Below, one piece after another: positions 41,215 to 56,794 of a DNA stretch of 64,000 bases. The position numbers and the translations under genes are program-made. Origin of the DNA: Octopus vulgaris (Eukaryota); the NCBI GenBank assembly GCA_951406725.2, contig OX597836.1:27342001-27406000 (forward strand), given 5' to 3'. How positions within the stretch are numbered: the first letter of the stretch is position 1; each line of letters starts with the position of its first letter. A model generated the notes under the pieces. That model saw only the letters and a program-made list of their open reading frames with translations, was not told the DNA's origin and searched no databases.

Positions 41215-41927
41215 TCACACACAAGCGCGCAGAGACTCACATTTTTAAAAGAATGGTTTTTAGAAAAAAATCTTGAGACCTTTACGATATCAGAAAAAAT
41301 TATTTTCTTAAATTAAAAAAATTTAAGAATGTAAAAAATTTAAAACAGCTGATTGACACAAGCCTTATGGCAGAAAGTTTGTGTGTTGGGTTGAGCGCTT
41401 TTCGCTGTTTTCAGTTTTTCAAATACCGAGGGAGAAAGAGAAAGAGAGAGGAGGGGAGAGAAAAGGTGAGTGAGGGGTGAGAACAAAAGAGACATATACA
41501 AAGTAAAAGATAAAAGGGTGAGTGAGAAAACCGCTTATTGGAATCAATTTAGGATGGAGTCATTAATTTACAATGACTTCTGGTAATATTATGCGGATGT
41601 CATAAAAATAAATGTGAACATTTCGTGCTCATGTACCTGTTTCCAGTTACCTAATAATGATTGTGCACACACGCTCATGTATACGTATGTATGTATGTAT
41701 GTATGTATGTATGTATGTATGTATGTATGTATGTATGTATTTGTGTATATACATATGTGTGCGTGCATGTGTGTGTGAGTATATAAATATAGAAACACAT
41801 ATACATATGCATAAGATCTCTCTCTCTTTTTCTCCTGATATATATATATACACTAATATATACTATATATATATATATATATATATCAGTATATATAAAT
41901 ATCTGTATATAAAACAATATACATACA

Positions 41928-41991
<64 letters not shown>

Positions 41992-42170
41992 CACATATAT
42001 ATACATGTACATATACGTATATATATATCTGTATATATCTGCGTGTGTGTGTGTGTGTGTGTATATATGTATATATATATATATATACAGACATCCTATG
42101 TATATACATACATGTATGAGTGTATGTTTCTTTCTGTCTCTGTCTGTCACTTAACACACACGCACACACG

Positions 42171-42210
<40 letters not shown>

Positions 42211-42227
42211 CACACGCACACACATAC

Positions 42228-42416
42228 TTATAATCGTCCATAAATAGACTAGTATCGCCCAGCCATACCAGCCAGGTTAGTGCAGCCGTACCTCCAATTC
42301 CGCCACGATTCCACCACAATGAACACAAGTCTATCCTCGTAAACGGCGCTTCTGTCGCCTTGATCTTCATAATCATTATACGTTTGACATTAATATCAGT
42401 GTTAGTAGCTATATAC
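42228..42416 (-). CDS. Candidate internal exon, unknown product ([62 protein letters not shown])
   Basis: Island of complex, GC-richer sequence. Acceptor tttgttctag|G, donor AA|GTATGT, 189 nt (multiple of 3), open only in the phase-2 frame. No family recognised. Confidence 0.4.
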
Positions 42417-42737
42417 CTAGAACAAATATCCGAACTTTCTTGATTCTAAACAACGGATAATTTCCAAGTCATTGCGAATAAAGTGCTTGAAACCAACCGA
42501 TTTGAATAACAATTTCCGTTCGATAACATTATCCGGGATTACAATAAGCGGCTTTCTCTGTATGATAAATAGAAGAGTTCGCTGAATGTACAATGAACAA
42601 CTTCTTCTAAGAAAGACAGAACTCAGTGCATTTGTAGACGTTTAAGCTTTATTGTAGGTATTGGATGGATGAATGAAAAGCCTTGGGGTAACTGCTAGTT
42701 TCATCCCGGGGCAGGAATCTTCTGACTATATATATAA

Positions 42738-42823
<86 letters not shown>

Positions 42824-42860
42824 GTACATACATAATATATAACATATATGTATATATAAT

Positions 42861-42903
<43 letters not shown>

Positions 42904-43224
42904 GTATATATAGTTATTTATATATATATATACATACAAAGTATATATGTATATATAATTATGTATATATATACATGATATATATATATGTATATATATA
43001 TATACATATATGCATATATATACATGCGTATATACACATATATGCACATGTATACATACGTAATATATACATATATATTATATAATATATATATATTATA
43101 TAATACATACATATATATATGTATATAACAATTTGAATGTTGTTCACGTTTAAATGTACATAGAAAACGTGAGTCATTACTTCCATTATCATCACCATCA
43201 CCACACCCAACGCCATCATCACCG

Positions 43225-43283
<59 letters not shown>

Positions 43284-43975
43284 TATCATCATCATCATTA
43301 TCATCATCATCATCACAACAACAATTCTAAACAATTTGCAAGTGTCTCGCATTGTCTTTTTTTTTTTTTTAATATTAAAGTTAAAAAAAAGGGAAAAAAT
43401 ATATATAAATGTAAGAAATTTTTTAAAAAAATGCATTTCAGAATAAATCCAAAAGGGAAGTAAATCACGCGGGAATATTATATTTATTTCAATTCATTTT
43501 ATTTTATTTATTTATTGTATTTATTGTATTTCACAGAAACATTTTTCTTTTAAATATCATCAGTTTGAGATATAACTTCCAGCTTGAAGTAAATTAAATA
43601 ACACTCTGTTGTCCACACACACATACACACACACATACACACATATACATATTCTCATAATAAACATCCAGGAATGGAGTTAACAATATTATTTTTAATA
43701 TTTTAATACATTCTTACAATCGTTTCAACTATTCACATTTTGACCAACCTTGCGTCATGTTCATTAATAATCACTATGTATTTATATTGAATGTTATTCG
43801 TACAAAATATAAGACTGACGATGGTAGCGATGGTGGTTTTAGCGTTGATAAAACTTGTTGGAAGTGATGACTTTGAAAAATATGAAAACTGGTTAATACA
43901 TCTTTAGACATATTTATATACTGTTGAAAATTGTCTTAACACAGAGCAAAAATTAGGTTATATATGGAGAACTGG

Positions 43976-44032
<57 letters not shown>

Positions 44033-45079
44033 TGCATTTATGTATGTAAGTATGTATGTGTTTGTCTATGTATATATTTGTGTATGTATGTACGTATGTT
44101 TCAGCAAGTACGATTTAACAACTGTGTTCATAAAACACTTGAGAAGATTTATTTACAACAGGTCAGCGTAGTTTCGCTGGAAAATACATTAATATCCATC
44201 TTAGTATATCTACTATATCAATACAAATATATACAAATATATTTTTGTCCATATATATATATATGGTTAAATTTTCTGGTGGTTAACCTCAGACTGAAAA
44301 GCGAACATATATTTTCGCTTAACCAAAGTTGAAATTTGGCAACTTTATAAAATGTAACCGAAAGTGGGGTAAAAAAAAAAAACAAAACAATTTAAGTGAG
44401 ACATCGGTTGTATCCAAACATACATCTTCTTAATTTGAAATCTAGCTGTAATTACCACTTCGCTACATTTTCTCATCGTAATTCTTTTCATATTAATGCC
44501 ACTTATACCATAGTCAAATTCTTTTTTCTGAGATCATATTCATATTAGCACATGCGCACTTCGAGCATTTATCGCTTGTTTGATATGTGTTTGGCATGAG
44601 GAGATTGTCATTTTTTTGAGGATGTGATCGATAATAACCTCGTTCGACTTGCTCAGATCGATTTTAAGGAAAGTATTATCTGTACTCTCATATTGATGTT
44701 AAGTTCAAAAGCTGAAAGTAAGATGTGTGTGTGTGTGTGTGTGTATGCGAGAGATGAATGAAACAGAAGGGTTAGTTTGAGGTTTTCTTATCATACCATC
44801 ATAATTTGCATAAGCTTTACACGTGTTTCACTAGCATATGTTATGCGGTAAATGCTACGTACAGGTTTGCATAATAATATTGAATCGCCAGGACCTCAGA
44901 TGAAAATAGTAATTTAATCTATTATCAATCATCACTATCAGTCAGAAAGAATCTTTTCCTCATCCGCCGGTCCTTTGTCAACCTTTCAATGGTCGTCTTT
45001 CGGCCTTTATACGTCATTCTAGTTCGACCCATCCTCGAATATTGCATCCAGGCCTCAAACCCATATATCTAGAAAGGCA

Positions 45080-45515
45080 TTCAGCACCTGAAATGGGCTT
45101 GTCTAAGCTTACGTATGAGGAACATCTCCAACGGCTGGCATTGCCTTCACTCGAACGACGGAGGATGCGGGGAGATCTCATCTTGGTTTTCAACATCAAC
45201 GGGAATGTAAACCTACCATTTGCGGAGTTTTTCACCCCTGCACCGGATAGGGATCTTTGTGGACAAGATCGCAAACTCTATCCCCGACGCTTTCGACTCA
45301 ACAGGCAGAAGGCCGCATTCTCCGTCCGTACCGCAGTCCCGTTGAACAAGCTACCAGATGATGTCATTCAACTGCCCACCACTCCCCTGTTCAAAGAGGC
45401 TCAGGACAACTGTGGCAACTATGTATAAAACTGTAAATAACAATAAGTGTTTTTTTTTTACATGGCTTAAGCACATCGTGCTCTTCTGCCAATAAATTTG
45501 GTTTCATTTGATTCG
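45080..45515 (+). mobile_element. CR1-clade LINE 3' fragment
   Basis: LTYEEHLQRLALPSLERRRMRGDLILVF...AAFSVR...NKLP motifs. Confidence 0.85.
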
Positions 45516-45647
45516 ATAATAAAATAAACCAACTCTTCTGTTTTCCACTGCTCTCAGATATACATTCTATAAATTATTCAAATCTATTTCATTTTTGGAT
45601 TTGGTTTGCAAGATTCTTTATGTGAGTTCGTGTGTTGAAGCATAATC

Positions 45648-45905
45648 TGTTGTGTCTGGGGAGAGTTATTCTCTTTTAGCGCCTTATAATTTAACACACT
45701 CACCGGTAAAATTCCCACTTATTTCTTCTTTTTATTTTCCTAAAATTTTCGTTGCGTCCTGCAACCTTTTCAAAACTATTGAAAAGGTTGCAACACACGC
45801 AAGGAAAAGTTTAGAAAAATAAAGAAGGAAATGAGTGGAAATATTACCGGTGCGTGTGTTAAATTATAAGGCGCTAAAAGAGAATGACACTCCCCAGACA
45901 CAACA
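45648..45905. repeat. Fold-back, ~125-bp arms
   Basis: Inverted repeat centred near 45776. Confidence 0.8.
45740..45814. ncRNA. Head-to-head pair of U3-A8 hammerhead-like motifs, family H4
   Basis: Minus strand: TTGAAAA G GTTGC AGGAC GCAAC GAAA AT TT TAG. Plus strand: CTA TTGAAAA G GTTGC..GCAAG GAAA AG TT TAG. Confidence 0.5.
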
Positions 45906-46044
45906 TTCAAATCCATATAATGGCAAAAGAAAATATTTAATACTGGATTGGAATTTTGATATACAAGGATTTATATGGAGTTTTAAGCATTTGTTAACTG
46001 TTATATTATCCGACGTAGCAATTCTTTTCTATACAAATGGCCGA

Positions 46045-46632
<588 letters not shown>

Positions 46633-46633
46633 A

Positions 46634-46763
<130 letters not shown>

Positions 46764-46792
46764 CCTACCTACCTACCTACCTACCTACCTAC

Positions 46793-46864
<72 letters not shown>

Positions 46865-46987
46865 GAATGTATGTATGTATGTGTGTGTGCGTATGTGTGT
46901 GTGTGTGTGATATACAGTATATCTACACAGATACACAAACGTATTCGCTTTGCGTTCCTCGTGTAAACATCGGTTAATGAGACTTAC

Positions 46988-47055
46988 GCATCAGACTTGC
47001 TTTTCCAAACGAAGCTAAAGTTAAATTCTTTAAAGGCGAACTGAGTACGTTCCAT
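46988..47055 (-). CDS. Candidate first coding exon (MERTQFAFKEFNFSFVWKSKSD)
   Basis: ATG with an upstream in-frame stop and a consensus donor GC|GTAAGT in phase 2, compatible with the 42416 exon. No homology recognised. Confidence 0.25.
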
Positions 47056-47446
47056 CGAGGTCAGCAACTCTCTGTCTCAGTTAGATAATTCCACGGACTC
47101 ATCGGAGCAAAATGTAACGATGCAAGAATCAAGCGTCACATGTACATAGTGCGCATGTGTGAATATAAACCGGTTCAGTTACACTTATAAACAATTTATC
47201 TTAGAATGTCCAACGGATTTGCTTCAAAGTCATGATGTAGTCTTGTGGTAAATGCAGTGGAAAGGATAATAAAAGATGTCGGTTCGAGTCTCGATGCTAT
47301 GCTTACAATTTGTAGACTTTATTTACAGCCGAAATATTGATTGGTTTCAACATAAATGCAAAAGTGTATATGTTTGTGATCGTATGTACAAACTATTCTA
47401 TATAAAAAGAATACGAAAATATATTAAATAAAATATAGAAATATTC

Positions 47447-47528
<82 letters not shown>

Positions 47529-47601
47529 AACTTTAATGCGTTTTGTATTAAAAACATACACTTTTCTTTAAGAATTATAATTATGTACAGCCAATATATC
47601 A

Positions 47602-47638
<37 letters not shown>

Positions 47639-47851
47639 TGTATGTGTATATGAATATATATATGCGTGTTTGTATGTGTATTTATGTTTGTGTATGTGTG
47701 TATTCAAATTTATTTTCAAAATTGCATTGCCAATATAATATATACACACCTAATATACGATATGTTTCATTTTCACCGAGTGAGTACTTTTATTTACATT
47801 ATATAAATTTGGCATCATGATTCATTATACGCTACGTTGTATAATCCAGGA

Positions 47852-47893
<42 letters not shown>

Positions 47894-48096
47894 GCACATG
47901 TATAAGTATGTATGTATGTTGCTCAAAAATGTGTTTTATAAGCGTTTGTGTATGTGTGTATACATTAATTCTTCGGCAGAAGTAATAAATATTCGTGTAT
48001 AAATGTAAAAATCTCTTTCTTTTTAAGCAGGAGAATGTATTTACATTAAATATATCCACATATACACATCTGTATATATGTAAAAGTTTCAAGAAA

Positions 48097-48138
<42 letters not shown>

Positions 48139-48377
48139 GTATATATATATATTTATTCGTACACATGTCTATGTGTATATATACACGCATATATATATAT
48201 ATATACACACATGCATGTGATTAAGTATATATGCATATATATGTGTATATACATATATATAAATAAATATACGTATGTATATATATTTCTTTTGTATCAA
48301 TATATTCAAACATATTAAATTTACAGGAAAAAAAATTCATATCTTATGAATGTTTAAATGGAGTTTGTATAAAATCA

Positions 48378-48434
<57 letters not shown>

Positions 48435-48609
48435 GTATTACAACTATTGCCGTTGTGTCAATACCAATTTTGCTAGATAATTATGATGCAATTTTTTTTT
48501 GTTATTTCCTTTGAAAAATATTTATATACAAATGTTCCAAGACGTTTGAAATTTTTGTTTCAAAGAAAGATTATTGAAATGTATTACTCAATCATATTGT
48601 AATAATAAC

Positions 48610-48667
<58 letters not shown>

Positions 48668-49781
48668 GTTGTTATTACAATTTCAATAAAAACAAGGAAA
48701 ATATCAACCGTGTCGATCTGACCGGTCTGGGAAAAGCCTGTCTGCTTAAAAAGGCCGTGGGCACCAACCGTTTCTCCAAACCATTCCAATGAAATATAAA
48801 AGTGGAAAAATATATAAAGAATAGCAAAAAAAAAAAAAAAAAAAATCCGAGTCTGGGAAGCCCTGCGCAAAGGTTTTGGGCATTGTCGCCCTTCTTCCTT
48901 TGTGTAAGCCATTTAAAAAGAAAAAATCAACCGCAGCAGTAGCAGCAGCAGCAGCAGTACCAACAACAACAACAACAACAACAACGACAAAGAATGGTTT
49001 TATTGATTGTTTATGTTTATAGTAAACTGACCTTTGGCTCTGTATTCTTGGATATGAGCAGATCCCAAATAGATTCCTCTGTAGCCAGTGTACTGCTCCC
49101 ATTTTAATCATTTTCGATTGATTAATTAATAATTATTCACATGAACATGTGGCCTGAAATTTAGTTGGATGAGCGTTGGATGGTAAACCGAAATAAAATA
49201 CTATATTTTTATAACTTAAGATTACGAGTGAATCGAACACTTGGCTAGTACTTAACAGTCCCTTTTTTTGTTTGAAAGACGACCAGAAGAAATAAAACTA
49301 AAGATGACCTCTACAAGAGCCGGAACAAGTCCTGTAAGATGTTTAGTCCGATGCTATAACGATTCAGTTAAGCTTCAGCTTATTATCGATTCATTGAATA
49401 ATTGATTCTAATATAGATATATAGCTTACTAATTTTTTGGGGGAGGGGGCATTAGTCGATGCCATCTATCCTAGTACTTACTTGGCACTTCGTTGACCTC
49501 GCAGGTCGATGAAAAGAAAGTCGACCCAGGTGGGATTTGAACACAGAATATAAATAAAAACCACAGGATATTTATTCCTACGTCCTAACGATTCCGCCAG
49601 CTCACGGTCTTATTACTGTTAATAAATTGAATGATTACAAATTGAATGTCTTCAGGTTGCACAATGAGTAGAGTGCCGGACTAAACGCCTGGAAATATTC
49701 GGTTATGTCCCATTTATTCTCTGTCTCCCATTATCGTTCGGGGTTGTTTATTCTATATTCCCATTCTGTTTTTTTATTGTA

Positions 49782-50045
49782 TTGGGATGGTGCATAATTA
49801 TCGCGGCTTTTTTTTTTGTTTTTCAACAAATTTTAATCAACAAAAACAATAACAATATTTAATAAAAAAAAACATCTTTAAATGATGATCTGATCGTCTG
49901 CCAAGCAAATGGGAAGCAGTAATTGAAGTAGATGGTGAATATATTCTAGAATAATCATTTAAAGATGTTTTTGTTACATATTATTGTTTTTGTTGAATAA
50001 AATTTGTTGAAAAAAAAAAGCCGCAATAATTATGCATCAGCCCAA
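49782..50045 (+). mobile_element. mariner MITE with long TIRs
   Basis: TA-flanked ttgggatggtgcataattatcgcggc / gccgcaataattatgcatcagcccaa; internal DRLPSKWEAVIEVDGEYI transposase tail. Confidence 0.85.
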
Positions 50046-50090
50046 TATTTCGTTCCTCCATCTGGTCGAGGTGTGTATGTGTATGTATGT

Positions 50091-50124
<34 letters not shown>

Positions 50125-50604
50125 TGTGCCGCGTTACCAGTAATATACTTCTGTCTTAGTCGAATCGATCGTTCACCTTTCCTACCGCATTCATCACTTT
50201 GGTTCGGCAAGATCGATAAAGTATGGGACAAAAATGCTCTGTTGTATTTGTTCGTCTTCTTTGTGTTCCGTGATCAAATCCCACCTTTGCCTTTCATCTT
50301 TCCGGGGGTTGATAAAATAAGTACTTGTCAAGTACTCAACAATCCCCTCCTTTGGAAATTGCTGGCCTTGTGCCTAAATTAGGGACGGGAGTGTTAGAAT
50401 ATCGGAAGAAAAAGCGCCTTGTAGCAGCGCTTTCTTCTCTTTACTTCCCAAGTTCAAATCTCACCGATGTCAGTATTACCTTTCAGCCCTCTAGTGTCGA
50501 TAAAACAAACTACCAATCAAATCAAGTGCTGAGGGCGATGTAATCGACTTAAATTTAAAGTTTCTAGCCGTCTACCTAAAATAAAAAATTATTATTATTA
50601 TAAT

Positions 50605-50864
50605 TGATTTAACTCAGGTTCGGTCTTATTTCTGGCAGGATTTATTTGGGAGCGGGCTGCTACCTGTAAGCTTAGGTATCCACGAGCTTTCAATAGTCTT
50701 TCAAGTGTATAAAATCCTCCTGATAATCTTTCCTATTCCTAAGAGGCGAACTCACTGTAGAATCTCTGCAGGATATTCTGTTCCAATCTCCATCAACCAT
50801 TTGTTTATATCTTTGCTTACAGTTCTCAATACACTAATTATTATAGGTATAACATTTACAGTTT

Positions 50865-50868
<4 letters not shown>
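50605..50868 (-). mobile_element. R4/Dong-like 3' end (family D2)
   Basis: MKTVNVIPIIISVLRTVSKDINKWLMEIG...EILQ*VRLLGIGKIIRRIL, the C-terminus of a restriction-like endonuclease domain. Confidence 0.7.
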
Positions 50869-50948
<80 letters not shown>

Positions 50949-50949
50949 T

Positions 50950-51300
50950 ATGTTTGACTTTTGCTTTACATTTGTACAAGCTGGCTCCAAGTCTCACCCA
51001 GAGACCTCAAGAGACAACAGGCTGGAAGTTCATGTTGTTGTTATGCCTAGTGTGCCATATATTTGTTTTTGTATTTAGTGTTGTACTAGTGAATGTCTAA
51101 AAAACCATACGAAAATTATGTTTGTTTTAAAACTTGAGATTACATAGAAAGTATTTTGCGTAGGATATGAGCAGTTCCCATGAGCACTATCTTTTGAATT
51201 TCTGCCATTTTTGGGTTTCCTGGTATTTGAGTTAGGTAACAATCAGCCCCTTTTGCTATCATTTCCTGGGCACCTATGACAACAGGTATTGTTTTAGTTT
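50950..51300 (-). mobile_element. R4/Dong-like 3' end (family D1)
   Basis: KTIPVVIGAQEMIAKGADCYLTQIPGNPKMAEIQKIVLMGTAHILRKILSM*; (TAA)n on both sides. Confidence 0.82.
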
Positions 51301-51313
51301 ATTATTATTATTA

Positions 51314-51350
<37 letters not shown>

Positions 51351-51352
51351 CA

Positions 51353-51428
<76 letters not shown>

Positions 51429-51619
51429 AATCTTTAGGTCAATATATTCAATAAGAATATTATATACTGAATTTATATTGAGTGCTCCATTGTATAAAAA
51501 TATTAATACTATTAAAGTATTTATATATTTAATATGAGCGATATATACATATATTTTTAAATAATATATTATTATTATTATTAATATATTATTAAAAAAT
51601 ATATGTATTATTATTATTA

Positions 51620-51668
<49 letters not shown>

Positions 51669-51819
51669 TCTTTTTTTCTGTTTTTTTCTTTTGCCTGTTT
51701 TAATAAAATTGTAACTTAAAAACTGATGATGTCATTCCATCAACGTGTGGACACTGGTTGCTCTCGTTCATACTTTACGTTTAAATTTCTGTAATTTTGA
51801 ATTTTTATCACTTCTTATT

Positions 51820-51862
51820 TTGAACTTGACAAAGACAGACGTACTGTTGAAATATCGTTCAA
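51820..51862 (+). ncRNA. Minimal hammerhead motif with U3-A8 core, family H2
   Basis: TTGAAC TTGACAA A GACAG ACGTA CTGTT GAAA TA TC GTTCAA; AATAAA at 51865. Confidence 0.65.
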
Positions 51863-52168
51863 CCAATAAAATATCTTACAATTGAATCGCGCTCTTCGCC
51901 TTGACTGTTTACCTTTGTGAAGAGTTACGTCAATCCTTTTAAAAATATCATCATCATCATCATCATCATTATTACTATTGTTCAGTAGTCTTATTTTTAC
52001 CTATATTTGATAAGTATATTTCCCTTCGTTTTCATTGTATACCGAGTATACTTACCCTTTTTTTTTTGCTTATCTATATATATATTACCATTTCATTATC
52101 AGTAAACTCCCACACTTTGTCTGGTTTGTATTATTCCCCACTACCTCGCTCTTGTGGCAAATGAATGA

Positions 52169-52222
<54 letters not shown>

Positions 52223-52242
52223 CATCATCATAATCATCATCA

Positions 52243-52320
<78 letters not shown>

Positions 52321-52432
52321 CCACGAGCGTTGTTATTATTGTTGTTGCTGCTGTTGTCTTGTTCATATAAAGATTCCATATGGTAGCTGATATCTAAACT
52401 AACAAGGCTGCTAATTTAGTCCACATGTTTAA

Positions 52433-52484
<52 letters not shown>

Positions 52485-52826
52485 ATGTGCGTGTGTTTGT
52501 GTGTGTAGGACAAGAGGAAGTGATGTTTCAGTGACGTCGCAACGTGAAAAAAATTCTTTTGTGTATGAGAAGAATGTAAAATAGAGATTTTCAGGAATGG
52601 TGAGTAGATCCACAAATAAACAAATAATGCCAACAATATAGTTTAAAGAAGGAAGAAACAGTATAATATATGAGAAATCACAGATAATTTTGCGGGTTAT
52701 AACGACATAGATCGGACTGTGGAAAGGATACGAAACTCAACGGATCATGCATTGTACAGTCTAGACATAGAAGAACAATACCATAGTTTCGTATACACGC
52801 ATACCTATATATATGTATATATATAC

Positions 52827-52889
<63 letters not shown>

Positions 52890-52895
<6 letters not shown>

Positions 52896-53108
52896 TACTA
52901 ACCACAAGGGGCTAAACACAGAGGGTGACAAACAAGGACAGACAAACGGATTAAGTCGATTACATCGACCCCAGTGCGTAATTTAATCGACACCGAAAGG
53001 ATGAAAGGCTAAGTCGACCTCGGCGAAATTTGAACCTAGAACGTAACGGCAGACGAAATACGGCTACGCACTTCGCCCGGCGTGCTAACGTTTCTGCCAG
53101 CTCGCCGC
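52890..53108 (-). mobile_element. SINE family A
   Basis: Full-length copy within a (TA)n array. Confidence 0.85.
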
Positions 53109-53109
53109 C

Positions 53110-53218
<109 letters not shown>

Positions 53219-53244
53219 CATACCTATAAATATATATATATATG

Positions 53245-53280
<36 letters not shown>

Positions 53281-53608
53281 CATACCTATATATATATATA
53301 TATGTTTTTTTAAGTTCGTTTACAGGAAAGATTTTGAATATGCATATAGAAGCTTCTGTCTAATTATGCAGCTACAACCCAGGGATGTCAACTGTCGATA
53401 GCAATTTTTTGGGGTCGCATCGAGCTGTGCCGATATAATGTGAGATAAATATAGTAATAACAATAATAATCCTTCGATGGAATTCATAAATATTTTAATG
53501 CATTGCAACACACGTTTCTACAAATCACATATTTCTTATCCCTGGGATGATTACTGTGCAGTCCGTAGTATCAATGGACATCAGGTTTATTGTTGTTATT
53601 ATATATAT

Positions 53609-53670
<62 letters not shown>

Positions 53671-53703
53671 AGAGAGAGAGAGAGAGAGAGTAGCTAAAAA
53701 ATA

Positions 53704-54456
53704 GGTACACCTCTAAAAAATTTCAGCAAAATTGTCATTACTCTGATAACATCAAAGGAAATCAAACAAAATTGATATTGAATAAAATATATTCTTCATG
53801 CAAACATTATACAGATTTGAAACATGAAATAACTAAGATTTTCAAAGATATGAAGAAAATATTAGTTTTCAAACGTTACAAAAATATGTACACCCTAAAG
53901 GAAATTTGCTATGTTCAATATTTTATCCACTTTTCTTTTTATTTTACTAAATTCAGATATGATAATGACCCTACACACACTTCAAAGATAACGACTAAGT
54001 TTTTATCAGATAAAAAGGAAAAAGTATTGACCCCGACTACCATGTCACCTGATTTAAACCCAATAGAACATCTGTGGGGTGTTTTGAAAAGGAAGGTTGA
54101 GGACAAAAACCCCGCAATGTAATACAGTTGAAACTCATCACTGAGGATGAATGAAGGTCGATTTCATCGATTATGTGCAGAAGTTTAGTCGATTCTATAC
54201 CCAGAAGACTTAATATTGTCATTGAAACCAAGGGCGGTCACACCAAATATTGAATATAGTAAATAATCCTTTAGGGTGTACATAGTTTTGTATAGTTTGA
54301 AAATTAATATTTCGTTCATATCTTTGAAAATGTTTATTGTTTTGTGTTCCAAATGTTCGTATGTAGAATATATTTTATTCAGTATAAATTTTGTGGGATT
54401 GCCTTCAATATTATCAGAGTAATGGCAATTTTACTGAAACTTTTTAGGGGTATACA
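53704..54456 (+). mobile_element. Internally deleted Tc1 (DD34E-like) element with ~200-bp IR/DR-type TIRs
   Basis: DNDPTHTSK...SPDLNPIEHLWGVLKRKV...SIPRRLNIVIETKGGHTKY; outer and inner gtacaccc-ctaaa repeats at both ends. Confidence 0.88.
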
Positions 54457-54606
54457 TACTTCTGTGAGATACTCTACACATACACACACACATATATAAT
54501 GTGCGTATTTCTGTGATTTTCTCCCTCCCTCTCCTCACCCTAAATAAATACATACATACATATATACACATATATACATGTATATATATATATGTACATA
54601 CATACA

Positions 54607-54679
<73 letters not shown>

Positions 54680-55315
54680 TGCACAGTCACTCACACAGTC
54701 TCACAGACATACAAAATTACAAAAGCACAGAGGTATTTCGCACAAGAAACGGAAGTGACACATGGAGAATACTCAGTTTATAATGTCTATCATAAACGGT
54801 GCAAACATACGGCAATATTGAAGTACATAGGGAACAATACAGTGTGTAAAGTGTAAACTAAATAAGGTGGCATAATTGAGCCAGGGAATACAGTGCTGGC
54901 TTAGAGACAAACTGTCGTCTGTTACCTTTGAACAGCGTTGTGTATGATAACAGGAAATATGGCGTACAGGGAAACAAACAGCACATTTAAGCGAAGTGAA
55001 GTATGCTGTTACAATGAAGCAATTTACATACACACAAACACACACACATACGCACTGAAATGCTCTAATGCTGTAGTTAAACCATATAATTGTATACATA
55101 TATACTGACAGGAACTATAATCGCCCGAAAACATCGATCGAGGGTTACAGTTCCTGTCAGTATATATTTGTATTATTATGTGCTTTGACTACAGTATCAG
55201 ATCATTTTAGCTCTTATTTCTAGCAATGTAAGTGTTTTTAACAGCCTAGTCACATTTAGTGACAATTACAGTTTTCCTGTTTGATTACACATTGCATACT
55301 GCTGTCTATATCAAT

Positions 55316-55393
<78 letters not shown>

Positions 55394-55538
55394 AGAGACA
55401 GCTATGTAAGTTTTTGAAGAAAAACGTGAATTTCTAGAACTGATATAATGAAAGATTCATTCAATTTATTTCAATTCATTTTCCTTTTAATTCAGTATTA
55501 CAAAGTTCTCAAAGCATGTTGATTTTTTTCTTTACAAC

Positions 55539-55610
<72 letters not shown>

Positions 55611-55901
55611 CATAAATGAGGGCAAAGGAAAAAAATTCTAATGCCAAATATGACGAAAAATTGGACATATTGTCCAATAACCATATAATACAATACGTAC
55701 GCTATTAGTAGCGTGAGTAAAAAATTATTTGGTTAATGGACAATATGTCCAATTTTTCGTCATATTTGGCATTAGAAATTTTTTCCTTTGCTCTTATTTA
55801 TGAATTGTTTATAAATTTAACCGTTAAAGGTATTTTTTAATATGCTGGCCATTGATAAAGTTTTTTTCGAAAAAAAAATGTTATCCTTTTAGATAATATA
55901 T

Positions 55902-55966
<65 letters not shown>

Positions 55967-55977
55967 GGCCTTACATT

Positions 55978-56016
<39 letters not shown>

Positions 56017-56345
56017 AATCATCAGAAGCTTCTGATGATTTCTCTTGAATGAACACATGCAGTTTCTATAGAATAGAATACTAGAGTGTTACGTGTAAGA
56101 TAGCAAACAGGAAAGAAATATGTATCGAACATAATTGTGCACATACGTTGGGAGTTACCAATACAGTTTAAATAAGCAGTTTGCTTTATATTTTAAACAT
56201 ATTGGTGTAGAGGACATACAGAATCAACACGGAACAGTAAAAATGTATCGAGGCGTACAGGAAAGACAACATAGCTAAAGAGACGAATAAAACAGCACAG
56301 TATTCAGGAATTTCATAGGCACAGCGTATTTCTACCAACACATCA

Positions 56346-56420
<75 letters not shown>

Positions 56421-56422
56421 AA

Positions 56423-56691
56423 TGCAGCGTGGAAGGTGTTTGTAAGCCATTTAAGAAACACACAAAAGCCGTTCGATTCACTTCAACATTTAAGTTTAAT
56501 TTGTCAAAATATTTTCGTCGCTTTAAGACCGCGACCTGTTCACTGACAAAATCCGTGCTGCATTTTGTCAGTGAACAGGTCGCGGTCTTAAAGCGACGAA
56601 AATATTTTGACAAATTAAACTTAAATGTTGAAGTGAATCGATCGGCTTTTGTGTGTTTCTTAAATGGCTTACAAACACCTTCCACGCTGCA
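56423..56691. repeat. Near-perfect palindrome: 130-bp arms, 9-nt loop, 1 mismatch
   Basis: Arms 56423-56552 / 56562-56691. Confidence 0.95.
56564..56614 (+). ncRNA. Minimal hammerhead motif with G3-C8 core, family H3 (mirror copy on the minus strand at 56500-56550)
   Basis: TTTGTCA GTGAACA G GTCGC GGTCTTAAA GCGAC GAAA ATAT TT TGACAAA: 7-bp stem I, 5-bp stem II, palindromic AATATT stem III. Confidence 0.65.
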
Positions 56692-56752
56692 ATTGTTTTC
56701 GTTTCAGCACACGATCTCAGATCAAATCACTTGCTATGCAAGTACATCTCCG

Positions 56753-56794
<42 letters not shown>

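Noticed and set aside
56332-56755. Two near-identical opposite-strand ORFs (MEGVCKPFKKH...)
   Set aside because: Artefact of the palindrome.
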